From positions 160,001 through 224,000 of the forward strand of contig CAWANJ010000007.1 in NCBI GenBank assembly GCA_963783385.1: a DNA stretch of 64,000 nt, in the 5' to 3' direction. How positions within the stretch are numbered: the stretch's first letter is position 1; each line of letters starts with the position of its first letter. Below, in pieces: positions 29,818-41,448 of this stretch. This DNA comes from an uncultured Gemmatimonadales bacterium. Its GTDB lineage: Bacteria; Gemmatimonadota; Gemmatimonadetes; Palauibacterales; Palauibacteraceae. The notes beneath the pieces were generated by a model. The model saw nothing but the letters and a program-made list of their open reading frames with translations, was not told where the DNA came from and did no database searches. Position numbers and translations under genes: made by a program.

Positions 29818-29945
29818 GGCGATCCCCCCGTAGGGTCGGTTCGATTGGTGCCATCCGGGGAAGGAAGCCGCGGCGGCAGGGCGAGGCCGCTCGCCCGCGC
29901 GGTGGCGAGGGCTACAGGCTCAACCCGAGAAGGGAGTGCCGTACG

Positions 29946-30821
29946 ATGATACCCGCGGCGTTCGACTACCACGCACCCACCTCCCTGGACGAAGCGCTGT
30001 CCCTCCTGGCAGCCCACGGCGACGAGGCCAAGGTGCTGGCCGGTGGCCAGAGCCTGATTCCGATGATGCGCTTCCGGCTGGCCGAGCCCGGTGTGCTCGT
30101 GGACCTCAACCAAATCGAGGGCATGGCGGGGGTCACCGAGGAGGACGGCCACCTGTGGATCGGGGCCCTGACGCGGCACGCGGAGGTCGAGCGGTCCGAC
30201 CTGATCCGGAAGCGCTATCCCCTGCTGCACGAGGCGGCGTCCGTCATCGCCGATCCTATCGTCCGCAACCGGGGCACGGTGGCTGGCTCCCTGGTGCACG
30301 CGGACCCGGCCGGGGACTGGGGGGCCGTGATGCTGGCGTGCCGGGCGGAGCTCGAGGTCCACGGTCCGGACGGCGAGCGCATGGTCCCGATCGACGAGCT
30401 GTTCGTGACCACGTTCATGACCAGCCTGTCGCCGGGCGAGATCGTGGCCGGGATCAGGATCCCGATGGCCGGCGAGCGCTCGGGCGGCGCCTATGAGAAA
30501 CTGGAGCGCAAGGTCGGCGACTTCGCCACGGTCGCGGTCGCGGCCCGGCTCGAGCTGGCCGGGGATGGGACGTGCAGCGAGGTCGGGATCGGCCTCACGG
30601 CGGTCGGCGCCACCAACCTGCGCGCCGAGGAGGCGGAGAAGGCGCTGACGGGGAAGAAGCCGGACGAGGCGGCCATCGACGCGGCGTCCCGGGCGGCGGC
30701 GGAGGCCTCGCGCCCCAACGCCGACAACCGGGGATCGGTGGAGTACAAGCGAGACATGGTCCGGGTGCTCTCGGCGCGTGCGCTGCGCCGGGCGGCGGCC
30801 CGTGCCGGAGGGGAGGGCTGA
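29946..30821 (+). CDS. coxM: Aerobic CO dehydrogenase medium (FAD) subunit
   Basis: [47 protein letters not shown]. Confidence 0.92.
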   Translation: MIPAAFDYHAPTSLDEALSLLAAHGDEAKVLAGGQSLIPMMRFRLAEPGVLVDLNQIEGMAGVTEEDGHLWIGALTRHAEVERSDLIRKRYPLLHEAASVIADPIVRNRGTVAGSLVHADPAGDWGAVMLACRAELEVHGPDGERMVPIDELFVTTFMTSLSPGEIVAGIRIPMAGERSGGAYEKLERKVGDFATVAVAARLELAGDGTCSEVGIGLTAVGATNLRAEEAEKALTGKKPDEAAIDAASRAAAEASRPNADNRGSVEYKRDMVRVLSARALRRAAARAGGEG

Positions 30822-30822
30822 G

Positions 30823-31331
<509 letters not shown>

Positions 31332-31335
<4 letters not shown>

Positions 31336-33686
31336 GCGCGACGAAGGCACAGGACATCGGGGGACTCGGCCACTCCGTCCGCCGCAAGGAGGACGCGCGC
31401 TTCGTCCGCGGCAAGGGCCGCTACGTGGACGATGTGAAGCTCAAAAACATGTGCTATCTGGCGCTGGTGCGCTCGCCCTACGCGCACGCCCGGCTGAAGG
31501 GGATCGACATCTCGGCGGCGATGGAGGTGCCGGGCGTCCTGGCGGTGGTCACCGGCAAGGACCTCGAGGAAGCGGGGTTGGCCTGGATGCCCACCCTCTC
31601 CCACGACCAGCAGATGGTGCTGGCCACCGGCAAGGTCCTGTTCCAGGGCCAGGAGGTGGCGGCGGTCGTGGCGGAGAGCCGTTTCGCGGCCGCCGACGGC
31701 GCCGCGGCCGTGCGGGTGGACTACGAGGAGCTCCCGGTGGTGGTCGATCCGCACGCGGCCCTGGAGAAGGACGCGCCGGTGCTGCGCGAGGACCGCGACG
31801 AGAAGTCGAACCACATCTTCCACTGGGAGGCCGGCGACCGCGACGCCACCGACGCGATCTTCGACGCATCCGACGTGGTCGTGACCCAGGACATGGTCTA
31901 TCAGCGCTGCCACCCGGCTCCGCTCGAGTGCTGCGCGTGCGTGGCCGACTGGGACGCGGTCAACGAGAAGATGACCATCTACATGACCTCCCAGGCACCC
32001 CACGCCCATCGCACGCTGTTCGCGCTGGTGGCCGGGCTCCCGGAGCACAAAATCCGCATCATCTCGCCGGACGTGGGCGGCGGGTTCGGCAACAAGGTGC
32101 CGATCTACCCCGGCTACGTGGTCTCCGCCGTCGCCTCCCTCAAGCTGGGCCGGCCCGTGAAGTGGACGGAGGAGCGCTCCGGGAACCTGCAGAGCACCGG
32201 CTTCGCACGTGACTACCACATGCACGCCGAGCTCGCGGCCACCAAGGATGGGAAGATCCGGGCGCTGCGGGTGAAGACGCTGGGCGACCACGGCGCCTTC
32301 AACGCCGCGGCGCAGCCCTCCAAGTTTCCGGCCGGGTTCTACAACATCTGCTCGGGCTCCTACGATCTCGAGAACGCGTTCGTCGAGGTCAATGGGGCCT
32401 ACACCAACAAGGCTCCCGGGGGGATCGCCTACCGGTGCTCCTTCCGGGTGACCGAGGCCTCCTATCTCATCGAGCGCACGGTGGACGTCCTGGCCGACGA
32501 GTTGGGCATCGACCCCGCCGAGATCCGCAAGAAGAATTTCATCGCGCCGGAGAAGTTCCCGTACGCCACGCCGCTGGGCTGGACCTACGACAGTGGCAAC
32601 TACGCCGGGGCCATGGACAGGGCCCTCGAGATGGTCGGTTACGAGGACCTGCTGAAGGAGCAGGAGGACAAGCGCGGCCGCGGCGAGCTCATGGGGATCG
32701 GGATCTCGAGCTTCACCGAGATCGTGGGGGCGGGACCCGGCAAGCAGTGCGACATCGCCGGGATCGAGATGTTCGACTCCTGCGAGGTGCGTATCCACCC
32801 GACCGGCAAGGTCCTGGCCCGGATCGGCGTGCAGACTCAGGGGCAGGGGCACGAGACCACCTTCGCCCAGATCCTGGCCGAGGAGCTCGGGATCCCGGTC
32901 GGGGACATCACGGTCGAGCACGGCGACACCGACACGGCGCCCTACGGGCTGGGCACCTACGCGAGCCGCTCGACGCCAGTGGCCGGGGCCGCCACCGCGG
33001 TCGCCGCGCGGAAGGTGCGGGCCAAGGCGAAGAAGATCGCCGCCTACCTCCTCGAGGTGGACGAGGCGGACCTGGAGTGGAAGGACTACGCCTTCCGGGT
33101 GAAGGGCGCGCCGGACAAGACCAAGACGATGCAGGACGTCGCGTTCGCGGCCTACACCAACGTCCCCGAGGGCCTGGAGGCGGGCCTCGAGGCCGTCGAC
33201 TACTACGATCCGCCCAACATGACCTACCCGTTCGGCACGTACATCTGCGTGGTCGACATCGACAGGGGGACCGGCGACTGGAAGGTCCGGAAGTTCGTGG
33301 CCGTGGACGACTGCGGCACGATCATCAACCCCATGGTGGTCGAGGGGCAGATCCATGGGGGCCTCACCGAGGGCTTCGCGATCTCGAAGATGCAGCTCAT
33401 CGAATACGACGAGGGTGGCAACATCACGGGCGGGAATTTCATGGAGTACCTGATCCCCACGGCGGTCGAGACGCCCCACTACGACACGGACAAGACCGTG
33501 ACGCCCTCGCCGCACCACCCGATCGGCGCCAAGGGGGTGGGCGAGTCGCCCAACGTGGGCTCCCCGGCCGCCTTCGTGAACGCCGTGATCGACGCCCTCT
33601 CGCCGTACGGGGTCCGGCACATCGACATGCCGATCACCTCCGACAAGGTGTGGAAGGTCCTCAGGGACGCGGGGATCCAGGACTAG
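31332..33686 (+). CDS. coxL: Form I (Mo-Cu) aerobic CO dehydrogenase large subunit
   Basis: Active-site loop AYRCSFR (32427-32447), GGGFGNK, QGQGHET, GTYASRS, AKGVGE; MSL gene order. Confidence 0.95.
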
Positions 33687-33717
33687 GGCGGCCACGGCGA
33701 GCCGTTCCCTTCGTGCG

Positions 33718-33752
33718 CGGGTAGGAAACCGGGTAGGAACCCCGGGTGAACC
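33718..33752 (+). repeat. Degenerate ~12-bp tandem repeat (CGGGTAGGAAAC / CGGGTAGGAACC / CGGGTGAACC)
   Basis: Three related units in the coxL-xdhC intergenic region. Confidence 0.5.
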
Positions 33753-33774
33753 GGAGGCGAGGGGGGCGAGGACG

Positions 33775-34773
33775 ATGGCCGAGCACGACATCCTGATCGA
33801 GGCCGGGGACCGTGCGGCTCGCGGGTGCGCGTTCGTCCTGGCCACCGTGGTGCGCCGTCGGGCTCCCAGCTCCGCGCGGCCGGCGCAGAAGGCACTCGTC
33901 CTGCCCGACGGGGCCCTGGTCGGATGGATCGGCGGCAGCTGCATCGAGCCGGTGGTCCGTCGCGAGGGGCTGGCGGCCTTGCGGGAGGGGCGCCCCCGCC
34001 GCGTCGTGCTCGCTCCCGACCCCTCCGATTCATCCTCCGACTCGTCCTCCGAGGGCTCGGAGCCCGACCTGCACGCCCATCCCATGACCTGCCACAGCGG
34101 GGGGACCGTGGAGATCCTGCTCGAACCCTACCTTCCGGCCCCGCTCCTCGAGCTGTACGGGGATTCGCCGGTGACCGAGGCCCTGTCGGTGATGGCGCCG
34201 CCGCTCGGCTGGAGGGTGGCGCGCCGGAGAGAGCCCGACGACGCGGAGGCGTCGGACGGCGCGGAGGTCACCGAGGGTGAGGCGGGTCCCGCCGCCACGC
34301 GGCTGGCCGTGGTCGCGACCATGGGGGTGTGGGACGAATCGGCGGTGGCCCGGGCCCTGGCGTCGGGGGCGCGCTACGTGGGCCTGGTGGCGAGCCCGAG
34401 GCGGACCGACGAGGTGCGGCGCCGTCTGGCGGGCCGGGGCCTCACGGAGGAGCGCCTCGCTTGCCTGGTGGGCCCGGCCGGCCTGGACCTCGGGGCCGAG
34501 AGCCCCGCGGAGATCGCGGTGACGATCCTGGCCCAGATCGTGGGCCGCCGGGAGTTGTTCCGGGGAGACGGGGAGGGTTCCGACGTCGGCGCTTCCGGGG
34601 CGGCGTCCGACGCCGGGCCCCCGATCCCGGCGATCGACCCGGTGTGCGGCATGGAGGTCGACCCGGCCACGGCCCGCTTCACGCTCGTGCACGCGGACCG
34701 GGAGTACTTCTTCTGCTGCGAAGGCTGCCGGGAGAAGTTCCGGGCCGACCCGGCCGCGTTCGGGGCCAGCTGA
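33775..34773 (+). CDS. XdhC/CoxF-family Moco chaperone with C-terminal YHS/TRASH metal-binding domain
   Basis: GWIGGSC, MTCHSGG, GPAGLDLGAESPAEIA; C-terminal DPVCGM...YFFCCEGC. Confidence 0.88.
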   Translation: MAEHDILIEAGDRAARGCAFVLATVVRRRAPSSARPAQKALVLPDGALVGWIGGSCIEPVVRREGLAALREGRPRRVVLAPDPSDSSSDSSSEGSEPDLHAHPMTCHSGGTVEILLEPYLPAPLLELYGDSPVTEALSVMAPPLGWRVARRREPDDAEASDGAEVTEGEAGPAATRLAVVATMGVWDESAVARALASGARYVGLVASPRRTDEVRRRLAGRGLTEERLACLVGPAGLDLGAESPAEIAVTILAQIVGRRELFRGDGEGSDVGASGAASDAGPPIPAIDPVCGMEVDPATARFTLVHADREYFFCCEGCREKFRADPAAFGAS

Positions 34774-34774
34774 C

Positions 34775-35686
34775 GTGGAGCGCGCGATCCGGGCCATCGT
34801 CGAAGCAATGGAGGCGCAGGGCTACGTGGCCGATCGCGACATCGCCACGGCCGTCCACCTGGCTCGCCGACTCCGCAAGCCGCTCCTCGTGGAGGGCGAG
34901 GCCGGCGTCGGGAAGACCGAGATCGCCAAGGTGGTGGCGGCGGCCTTCGACATGGAGCTCATCCGGCTCCAGTGCTACGAGGGGCTCGACGTGGCCACCG
35001 CCCTGTACGAGTGGAACTATCCTCGCCAGATCCTCCGCATCCGGATGGGGGAGGCGGAGGGCGCATCGGCCCGCGAGCTCGAGGAGACGATCTTCGACCG
35101 CGAGTACCTCCTGGAGCGGCCCCTCCTCCAGGCCATCAGCCGGGAGAAGGCGCCCGTCCTGCTCATCGACGAGATCGACCGGGCGGACGAGGAGTTCGAG
35201 GCCTTCCTGCTCGAGCTGCTGTCCGACTTCCAGGTCACGATCCCCGAGCTGGGCACCGTGCGCGCCCGGAGCCACCCGTATGTCGTGCTGACCTCGAACG
35301 GAACGCGGGAGCTCAGCGACGCGCTCCGCCGGAGGTGCCTGTACCTGTGGGTGGATTATCCGAGCTTCGAGAAGGAGCTGCGGATCCTGCACGCCCGGGT
35401 TCCCGACCTGCGTACCGGTCTCGACGAGGAAGTGGCGCGATTCGTCCAGCGTCTCAGGCAGGAGAAGCTGTACAAGCGGCCCGGGGTGGCGGAGACGCTG
35501 GATTGGGCCCGGGCCCTGGAGGACCTCGGCGTGCGGGACCTGGAACCCGAGATCGTGCGCGCCACCCTGGGCTGCCTCCTCAAGGACCGGCACGACATGG
35601 AGGGGCTCGAGCCCGCGGAGCTCGAGCGCCTGCTCGCGTCGGCTCTCGAGGGCCCGTCGGAGGCCCCGGCGGGCGAAGGGGCGTGA
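34775..35686 (+). CDS. coxD: CoxD MoxR-type AAA+ ATPase
   Basis: EGEAGVGKT, RLQCYEGLD, LLIDEIDRADEEFEA, LSDALRRRC. Confidence 0.92.
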   Translation: MERAIRAIVEAMEAQGYVADRDIATAVHLARRLRKPLLVEGEAGVGKTEIAKVVAAAFDMELIRLQCYEGLDVATALYEWNYPRQILRIRMGEAEGASARELEETIFDREYLLERPLLQAISREKAPVLLIDEIDRADEEFEAFLLELLSDFQVTIPELGTVRARSHPYVVLTSNGTRELSDALRRRCLYLWVDYPSFEKELRILHARVPDLRTGLDEEVARFVQRLRQEKLYKRPGVAETLDWARALEDLGVRDLEPEIVRATLGCLLKDRHDMEGLEPAELERLLASALEGPSEAPAGEGA

Positions 35687-36873
35687 CCGGAGCCGTACGG
35701 GACGCTCCGCGTCCGTCGGCGGGCCGGGCGGCCGCGTGGGTCGTAGAGCTGTCGCGCGCCCTTCGGGCCGAGGGCCTCGGCTGCACGTTGCACGAGTCCC
35801 TGGCGGCGCGCGACGCCCTCGAGGAGCTCGACCTGTCCGACGGTCTGGACGCCTACTTCGGCCTGCGCTCCGTGTTCGTCTCCGACCCCTCCGAGATCCC
35901 CGCGTTCGACCGGTGTTTCTGGGCCGCCTGGGGCACGCCCCAGGAGCGTGCGCCCGCCCGCTCCCGGACCCGGAACCGGAAGTCGAAGCGCGGCGAGCCG
36001 GCCGGGGGCCCCGGTCCGACCCAGCGAGGGCCGGGCGCCAGCGTGCTCGAGCGGCTGTCGGGTCGCGCCGCCCCGGCGCGAGCCGGCCGGGAGGGCGAGG
36101 TGCCGACCCCGAGCGCCTACAGTCCGTCCGAGGGACTGGCGCGCCGCTCGTTCGCGGAGCTGGACGAGCACGAAGTCCGGGCTCTCGAGCGGGTCCTCGA
36201 CCGGCTGGCGCTCAAGCTGGCCACCAGGCGGAGCCGTCGAACGCGCCCGGCCGCACGGCGCGGCTTCGTGGACCTGCGGCGCAGCCTGCGGGCCGCGGTC
36301 CGCCACGACGGCGAGATCGTCCGTCTGGCACGAAGGAGGCGGCGCGTCGAGCGCCCGCGCATCGTGCTGCTGTGCGACGTGAGCGGCTCGATGGAGCGTT
36401 ACAGCCGCTTCCTGGTCCGCTTCATCCTGGCGCTGGACCGGACCGGCGACGTGGAGGCGTTCGCGTTCAGCACCCGACTGACGCGGCTCGACACCGGGCG
36501 GCGGGGCGGCCGAGTGGACGCCGCCCTCGGCGCACTGCGCGAGCAGGTGGGGAGCTGGCCGGGCGGGACCCGGATCGGGGCGTGCCTGGAGGACTTTCTG
36601 GACCGTTTCGGACGCCGTCTGCTGGGAGAGAGGACCGTCGTCGTCATCCTGTCGGACGGACTGGACCGGGGCGACACGGCCGCGCTCGAGCGGGCCATGC
36701 GAGGCATCCACCGGCGGGCGCGGAAGGTGATCTGGCTCAACCCCCTGCTGGAGAGCGCCGACTACGAGCCCGAGGCGAGGGGGATGAAGGCGGCGCTCCC
36801 GTTCGTGGACGAGTTCGCGCCGGGGCACAGCCTCGAGGCGCTGCGCGACCTGGCCCGCCTCATCCGGCTATAG
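35683..36873 (+). CDS. coxE: CoxE VWA-domain protein
   Basis: MIDAS DVSGSM, FAFSTRLT, GGTRIG, ILSDGLDRG, WLNPL; GTGA coupling to coxD. Confidence 0.9.
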   Translation: MTGAVRDAPRPSAGRAAAWVVELSRALRAEGLGCTLHESLAARDALEELDLSDGLDAYFGLRSVFVSDPSEIPAFDRCFWAAWGTPQERAPARSRTRNRKSKRGEPAGGPGPTQRGPGASVLERLSGRAAPARAGREGEVPTPSAYSPSEGLARRSFAELDEHEVRALERVLDRLALKLATRRSRRTRPAARRGFVDLRRSLRAAVRHDGEIVRLARRRRRVERPRIVLLCDVSGSMERYSRFLVRFILALDRTGDVEAFAFSTRLTRLDTGRRGGRVDAALGALREQVGSWPGGTRIGACLEDFLDRFGRRLLGERTVVVILSDGLDRGDTAALERAMRGIHRRARKVIWLNPLLESADYEPEARGMKAALPFVDEFAPGHSLEALRDLARLIRL

Positions 36874-36874
36874 C

Positions 36875-38230
36875 GTGGCGAAGAGAATGACGCCCGGGGC
36901 CGGGCCGGGGCCGAGCACGTCCCCGGCCAGGCCGCTCGGACTGCTCGTCTGGCTGGCCTTCGTGGTCACCTGGCTGGTGTGGACGCCGTGGGGTCCGTTC
37001 GGTGAGTCCTCCCGGATGGTGCTGGCCCCGCCCACCGGCCTCCTGGAGATCGTGCTCAACCTGCTGCTCATGGCGCCCCTCGCCACGGCCATCGCCGTCA
37101 CCGGGCGCCGGGGAGGGACGCCCACCGGCGTTCTCGAGGCGACGGGCGTGGCCTTCGCGTTCAGCGTCATCGTCGAGCTCGTCCAGGGCCTGGCGCCAGG
37201 GCTCGGCCGCGTGGCCTCGCCATACGATGTGCTCCTCAACACGGCGGGGGCCGGGGCGGCCGCCGGCCTCGCCGTGGTCGCCGTGCGCCGCCTCGGAGCC
37301 ACCCGTCGGGCGCTGGTCGCGGCCGCGGCGCTGGCCGCCTTCGGTGGAGTCGCGACCTACATGCTGGGCTCCACGGTCCGCAGCGCGCACGGGCTGGCCA
37401 TCGAGCGCTGGGACCCATCCTACCGGGTGGTGGCCGGCGACGAAGTCGGCGGCGGGCGCCGCTATGTGGGTACCGTGACCGAGGCCGAGATCTGCGCCGG
37501 TCCTCCCGATCGGGAGGTGTGTGCGCGGCCGGGCGCTGGCCCGGAGCGGCGCACGGCGCTGGTGGCCGCGGCGGAGGCCACCGACCGGGTACGGGTCCAC
37601 GCCAGCGTCCTGTCGCGCACGAACGATCAGCACGGTCCGGCCCGGATCGTCACCTTCTCGACCAGCGTCCGGGACCGCAACGTCACTCTCGGACAGGAGG
37701 GGCAGTCCCTGGTCCTGCGCGTGAGGACGCCCCGGCTGGGAATGAACGGCGCCTCCATCGAGTTCGTCCTCGGGAGGGCGGTCCGTTCGGGGCGGCCCAC
37801 GCGCGTCGACGCGACCTTCGTGAACGGGCGGGTGGAGCTCCGGGCCACCGACGCCGCCGGAAGCCGCGCCGGCGCGTTCCCCGCCGGGCTTCTGCCCAGC
37901 TGGTGGTACGTCCGGCCGGGTCTCCAGGAGCGCGGCAGCGTGACGCCCCGCTACCTGGTGGTCGCCTCGGCCCTCGGCGCCGCCGTGCTGTTCACGCCCG
38001 TCGCCTACGCCGTGGCCGGGGTCGGCGCCGGGCTGCTCGCGTCGCTGGGCCTGGCCTCGGCCACCTCCGTCGCGGGGCTGGTGTCCGTCAACGCGCTCCT
38101 GGGCTCCGCGACGTCGAGCTTCGGAGTCCTGTTCGTGCTGGCCGCCTCCGTGGTGGGCGTGCTCCTGAGAGGGGCGGACGTCCGGCTCGCGCGCCGGGGC
38201 GGGGAGGGCGGGACGGCGGGACGCCTTTAG
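36875..38230 (+). CDS. VanZ-like membrane protein with extracytoplasmic beta-sandwich domain
   Basis: LNLLLMAP, SVIVELVQ...GRVASPYDVLLNTAG (VanZ); soluble GPARIVTFS domain; C-terminal TMs. Confidence 0.65.
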   Translation: MAKRMTPGAGPGPSTSPARPLGLLVWLAFVVTWLVWTPWGPFGESSRMVLAPPTGLLEIVLNLLLMAPLATAIAVTGRRGGTPTGVLEATGVAFAFSVIVELVQGLAPGLGRVASPYDVLLNTAGAGAAAGLAVVAVRRLGATRRALVAAAALAAFGGVATYMLGSTVRSAHGLAIERWDPSYRVVAGDEVGGGRRYVGTVTEAEICAGPPDREVCARPGAGPERRTALVAAAEATDRVRVHASVLSRTNDQHGPARIVTFSTSVRDRNVTLGQEGQSLVLRVRTPRLGMNGASIEFVLGRAVRSGRPTRVDATFVNGRVELRATDAAGSRAGAFPAGLLPSWWYVRPGLQERGSVTPRYLVVASALGAAVLFTPVAYAVAGVGAGLLASLGLASATSVAGLVSVNALLGSATSSFGVLFVLAASVVGVLLRGADVRLARRGGEGGTAGRL

Positions 38231-38245
38231 CCGAGCGGGACGCCT

Positions 38246-39100
38246 CTAGCCAGCCGCTCGCAGGACGGCCCGCGTGGCCATGACGGAGGTCATCGCGCGC
38301 CGGTACTCGGCCGAGCCGTGCAGGTCGTCATGCACGTCCTCGAGCACCCCACCCGCGCCAGAGCACGCCTCGCGCACCGCCCGCTCGTCCTCGAGCGACA
38401 TGCCCGCGAGCGCCTCTTCGGTCTCCTCGAGGCGCAGGGGCCGACCGCCGGCCCCCGTCACGGTCAGGCGGGCCCGTCGGCACGTCGACCCGTCCAGCTC
38501 CAGCACCGCGGCCACTCCCACCAGCGCGAAGCCCGAGGCCTTCTGTCGCAGCTTCGCGTAGGCGCCCCGCGAGCCATCCGGGATCTCCATCCGCGCCCCC
38601 ACGAGAAGCTCGCCGGGCCGCAACGCCGTGGCGAACGGACCCAGGAAGAAGTCTCCGGCCGGGATCTCCCGCTCTCCGTCCGGCCCGTGTGCCAGGAGCG
38701 TGGCCTCCAGGGCGAGGACGGCGGCCGGGAGATCCGCGGAGGGGTCCGCGTGCGCGAGACTGCCCCCGAAGGTGCCCCGATTCCGGACCTGCACGTCGCC
38801 GATGGCGGCGGCCGCCTCGGCCAGGGCCCTGCCGCCGCCGACCAGCAGGTTGGAGCCGGCAACCTCGGCGTGGGGCGTGAGGCCGCCCACGGCGACGCCG
38901 CCATCCACCTTCCTCACGTAGCGGAGCCCGTCCAGGCGGCGAAGATCCACGAGGCGCGCCGGCCGGGCCAGCCGCAGCTTGAGGAGGGGCAGGAGGCTCT
39001 GGCCCCCGGCCAGCGCCCGCGCGTCGGGTCCCTCGGCCAGGGCGCCGACGGCTTCCTCGATCGAGCCGGGAACGACATAGTCGAAAGCACTCGGAAGCAT
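38246..39100 (-). CDS. Form II CoxM-like FAD subunit of a molybdenum hydroxylase
   Basis: MLPSAFDY, LAGGQSLLP, QVRNRGTFGGS, HADPSAD. Confidence 0.9.
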   Translation of the reverse strand: MLPSAFDYVVPGSIEEAVGALAEGPDARALAGGQSLLPLLKLRLARPARLVDLRRLDGLRYVRKVDGGVAVGGLTPHAEVAGSNLLVGGGRALAEAAAAIGDVQVRNRGTFGGSLAHADPSADLPAAVLALEATLLAHGPDGEREIPAGDFFLGPFATALRPGELLVGARMEIPDGSRGAYAKLRQKASGFALVGVAAVLELDGSTCRRARLTVTGAGGRPLRLEETEEALAGMSLEDERAVREACSGAGGVLEDVHDDLHGSAEYRRAMTSVMATRAVLRAAG

Positions 39101-39108
39101 GGCTACTC

Positions 39109-41439
39109 CTAGTCCCGCTCGGTGATGATGCGCCACAGCTTCTCGGGCGTGGCCGGCATGTCCACGTGCCGTACGCCCAGGTGGGAGACCGCGTCCACGA
39201 CCGCGTTCATGACACACGGGTTCCCGGCGATGGTCCCGGCCTCTCCCACCCCTTTGGCGCCCAGCGGGTTGACGGGCGTCGGCGTGGTCGTCCGCCGGAG
39301 CTCATAGGACGGGAGGTAGCTGGCCCTGGGTACCGCGTAGTCCATCAGGCTCCCCGTGACGAGCTGTCCGTCGGCATCGTAGACCGCATGCTCGTACAGG
39401 GACTGAGCGATGGCCTGGGCCACGCCGCCGTGGATCTGGCCGTCCACGATCATCGGGTTGATCACGTTGCCGCAGTCGTCCACCGCGACGTAGCGCCGAA
39501 TCGAAGGCTCGCCCGTGTCGGGGTCGATGTCCACCACGCACAGGTGCACGCCGAACGGGAAGGTGAAGTTGGAGGGCTCGAAGAAGCGCGTGGAGGCGAG
39601 GCCGGGCTCGACCCCCTCCGGCAGGTCGTCGGCCATGTAGGCCGCCGTGACCACGTCCTGGAAGCCGACCGCGCGGTCCGGGGCTCCCCGGATGTGCAGC
39701 TTGCCCTCGTCGAACACCACGTCCTCCGGGTCGGCCTCCAGCAGGTGCCCGGCAATCTTCCGGGACTTGTCGCGCACATCCTCGAGCGCCACGGAGAGCG
39801 CGGCTCCCCCGACCGCCTGGGCCCGGGACCCGAACGTGCCGATGCCCTCCGGCACGTAGTCCGTGTCGCCGTGCGCGATCTCCACGTCGTCCAGGCCGAC
39901 GCCGAGCGCGTCGGCGACGATCTGGGAGAAGGTGGTCTCCTCGCCCTGCCCGTGGGGGCTCACGCCGGTCTTCACCACCACGCGGCCTGTCCGTCGCACC
40001 TCGAGGGTGCACGCCTCCCACCCGCCGGCGGGGAGCGCGGCCGAGGGGCCGAGTCCGCAGATTTCGACGTAGCAGGCGACCCCGATCCCCATCAGCTCGC
40101 CCCGTTCCCGCCTCTGCGCCTGCTCGCGCCGCAGGGCATCGTAGTCGATGGTCTCGAGGAGCAGGTCCATGGCCGCCTGGTAGTTACCGCTATCGTAAGT
40201 GAGGCCGGTGCAGGTGTCGGCCGGGAACGCGTCGGCCGGGAAGAAGTTCCGCCGCCGGACCTCGATCGGGTCGATCCCGGTCGCGTCGGCGATCAAGTCC
40301 AGGACCCGCTCGATGATGAAGTTGGCCTCGGGCCGACCGGCCCCCCGGTAGGCGTCGGTGGGCGTCTTGTCGGTGAACACGCCCTTCAGCTCGACCTGGA
40401 GATTCCGGAGCCGGTAAGCGCCGGGCAGCATGAGCACGGTGAGCGTAGGGATCACCGGCGTGAGGAGCTGGTGGTAGGCGCCCAGGTCCTGGAGGAGCTT
40501 CACGCGCATGCCGTGCAGGACGCCATCCTCGCTGGCCGCGATCTCGACGTCGGCCAGCTGGTCACGCCCGTGGATGGTGGCCTGGAAGCCCTCCGTCCGG
40601 GTGGCGGTCCACTTCACTGGACGCCCCAGCTCGCGGGCCAGGTGTCCGACCAGCGCCTCCTCGGCGTACACGTTGAGCTTACTGCCGAAGCCTCCGCCGA
40701 CCTCTGGCGCGATGACGCGGACGCTGTGCTCGGGGATCCCGAGCATCACGGAGAGCTGGGTGCGAAGGAGATGGGGGATCTGGGTGCTCGACCAGATCTC
40801 GAGCTTCCGGTGCCCCCGGTCGAAGCGCGCCGCCACCGCCCGCGGCTCGACCGCGAACGGGATCTGGCGCTGGTTCACGATCCGCTGCCGGAGGACGACC
40901 GGGGCATCGTGGAACGCGCCGTCCACGTCGCCGGCCTCGAACGGGAAGGTGAAGGCCACGTTGGTGCCGAGCTCCTCGTGGACGAAGGGACCGCCCGCGG
41001 CGGCCTTCTCGACGTCCACCACGGCTTCGAGCTCCTCGTACTCGACCTCGATCCGCTCGAGCGCGTCGCGCGCCGTGGACGGATCCTCGGCCACCACGGC
41101 GGCCACGCCGTCGCCCACGTACCGGACCTCGTCGATTGCCAGCACGCGGTGGGGCGGCTCGAGGAGGCCCTCGATCTTGTGGGCCACCGGCAGCCCGCCG
41201 ATCGCCTCCTGGACGTCGCGCCCGGTCACCACCCGGAGGACACCCTTCGTCGCCTCCGCACCCGACGTGTCGATCGAGGCGATGCGGGCGTGCGCGTGCG
41301 GGCTCCGCAGGACGGTGCAGTACGCCATCCCGGGGAGCTTCAGGTCGTCCGTGTAAGTGGAGGAGCCCGTGATGAGGCGCGGATCCTCCTTGCGCCGAAC
41401 TCGGGCGCCGATCTGCTTCGGAACCGTCGTCGTGGCCAT
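39109..41439 (-). CDS. Form II CoxL-like molybdopterin-binding subunit (xanthine dehydrogenase family)
   Basis: Active-site loop AYRGAGR (40333-40353), [22 protein letters not shown]; SLM gene order. Confidence 0.92.
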   Translation of the reverse strand: MATTTVPKQIGARVRRKEDPRLITGSSTYTDDLKLPGMAYCTVLRSPHAHARIASIDTSGAEATKGVLRVVTGRDVQEAIGGLPVAHKIEGLLEPPHRVLAIDEVRYVGDGVAAVVAEDPSTARDALERIEVEYEELEAVVDVEKAAAGGPFVHEELGTNVAFTFPFEAGDVDGAFHDAPVVLRQRIVNQRQIPFAVEPRAVAARFDRGHRKLEIWSSTQIPHLLRTQLSVMLGIPEHSVRVIAPEVGGGFGSKLNVYAEEALVGHLARELGRPVKWTATRTEGFQATIHGRDQLADVEIAASEDGVLHGMRVKLLQDLGAYHQLLTPVIPTLTVLMLPGAYRLRNLQVELKGVFTDKTPTDAYRGAGRPEANFIIERVLDLIADATGIDPIEVRRRNFFPADAFPADTCTGLTYDSGNYQAAMDLLLETIDYDALRREQAQRRERGELMGIGVACYVEICGLGPSAALPAGGWEACTLEVRRTGRVVVKTGVSPHGQGEETTFSQIVADALGVGLDDVEIAHGDTDYVPEGIGTFGSRAQAVGGAALSVALEDVRDKSRKIAGHLLEADPEDVVFDEGKLHIRGAPDRAVGFQDVVTAAYMADDLPEGVEPGLASTRFFEPSNFTFPFGVHLCVVDIDPDTGEPSIRRYVAVDDCGNVINPMIVDGQIHGGVAQAIAQSLYEHAVYDADGQLVTGSLMDYAVPRASYLPSYELRRTTTPTPVNPLGAKGVGEAGTIAGNPCVMNAVVDAVSHLGVRHVDMPATPEKLWRIITERD

Positions 41440-41448
41440 CGTTCCTCC

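Noticed and set aside
33718-33752. Short tandem repeats as a CRISPR remnant or regulator array
   Set aside because: The units are about 12 bp, degenerate and have no spacers; no cas genes are present.
39109-41439. Calling the second coxL-like gene a CO dehydrogenase
   Set aside because: It has AYRGAGR, lacking the Cu-ligating Cys, and SLM order, so it is a form II or other molybdenum hydroxylase with unknown substrate.
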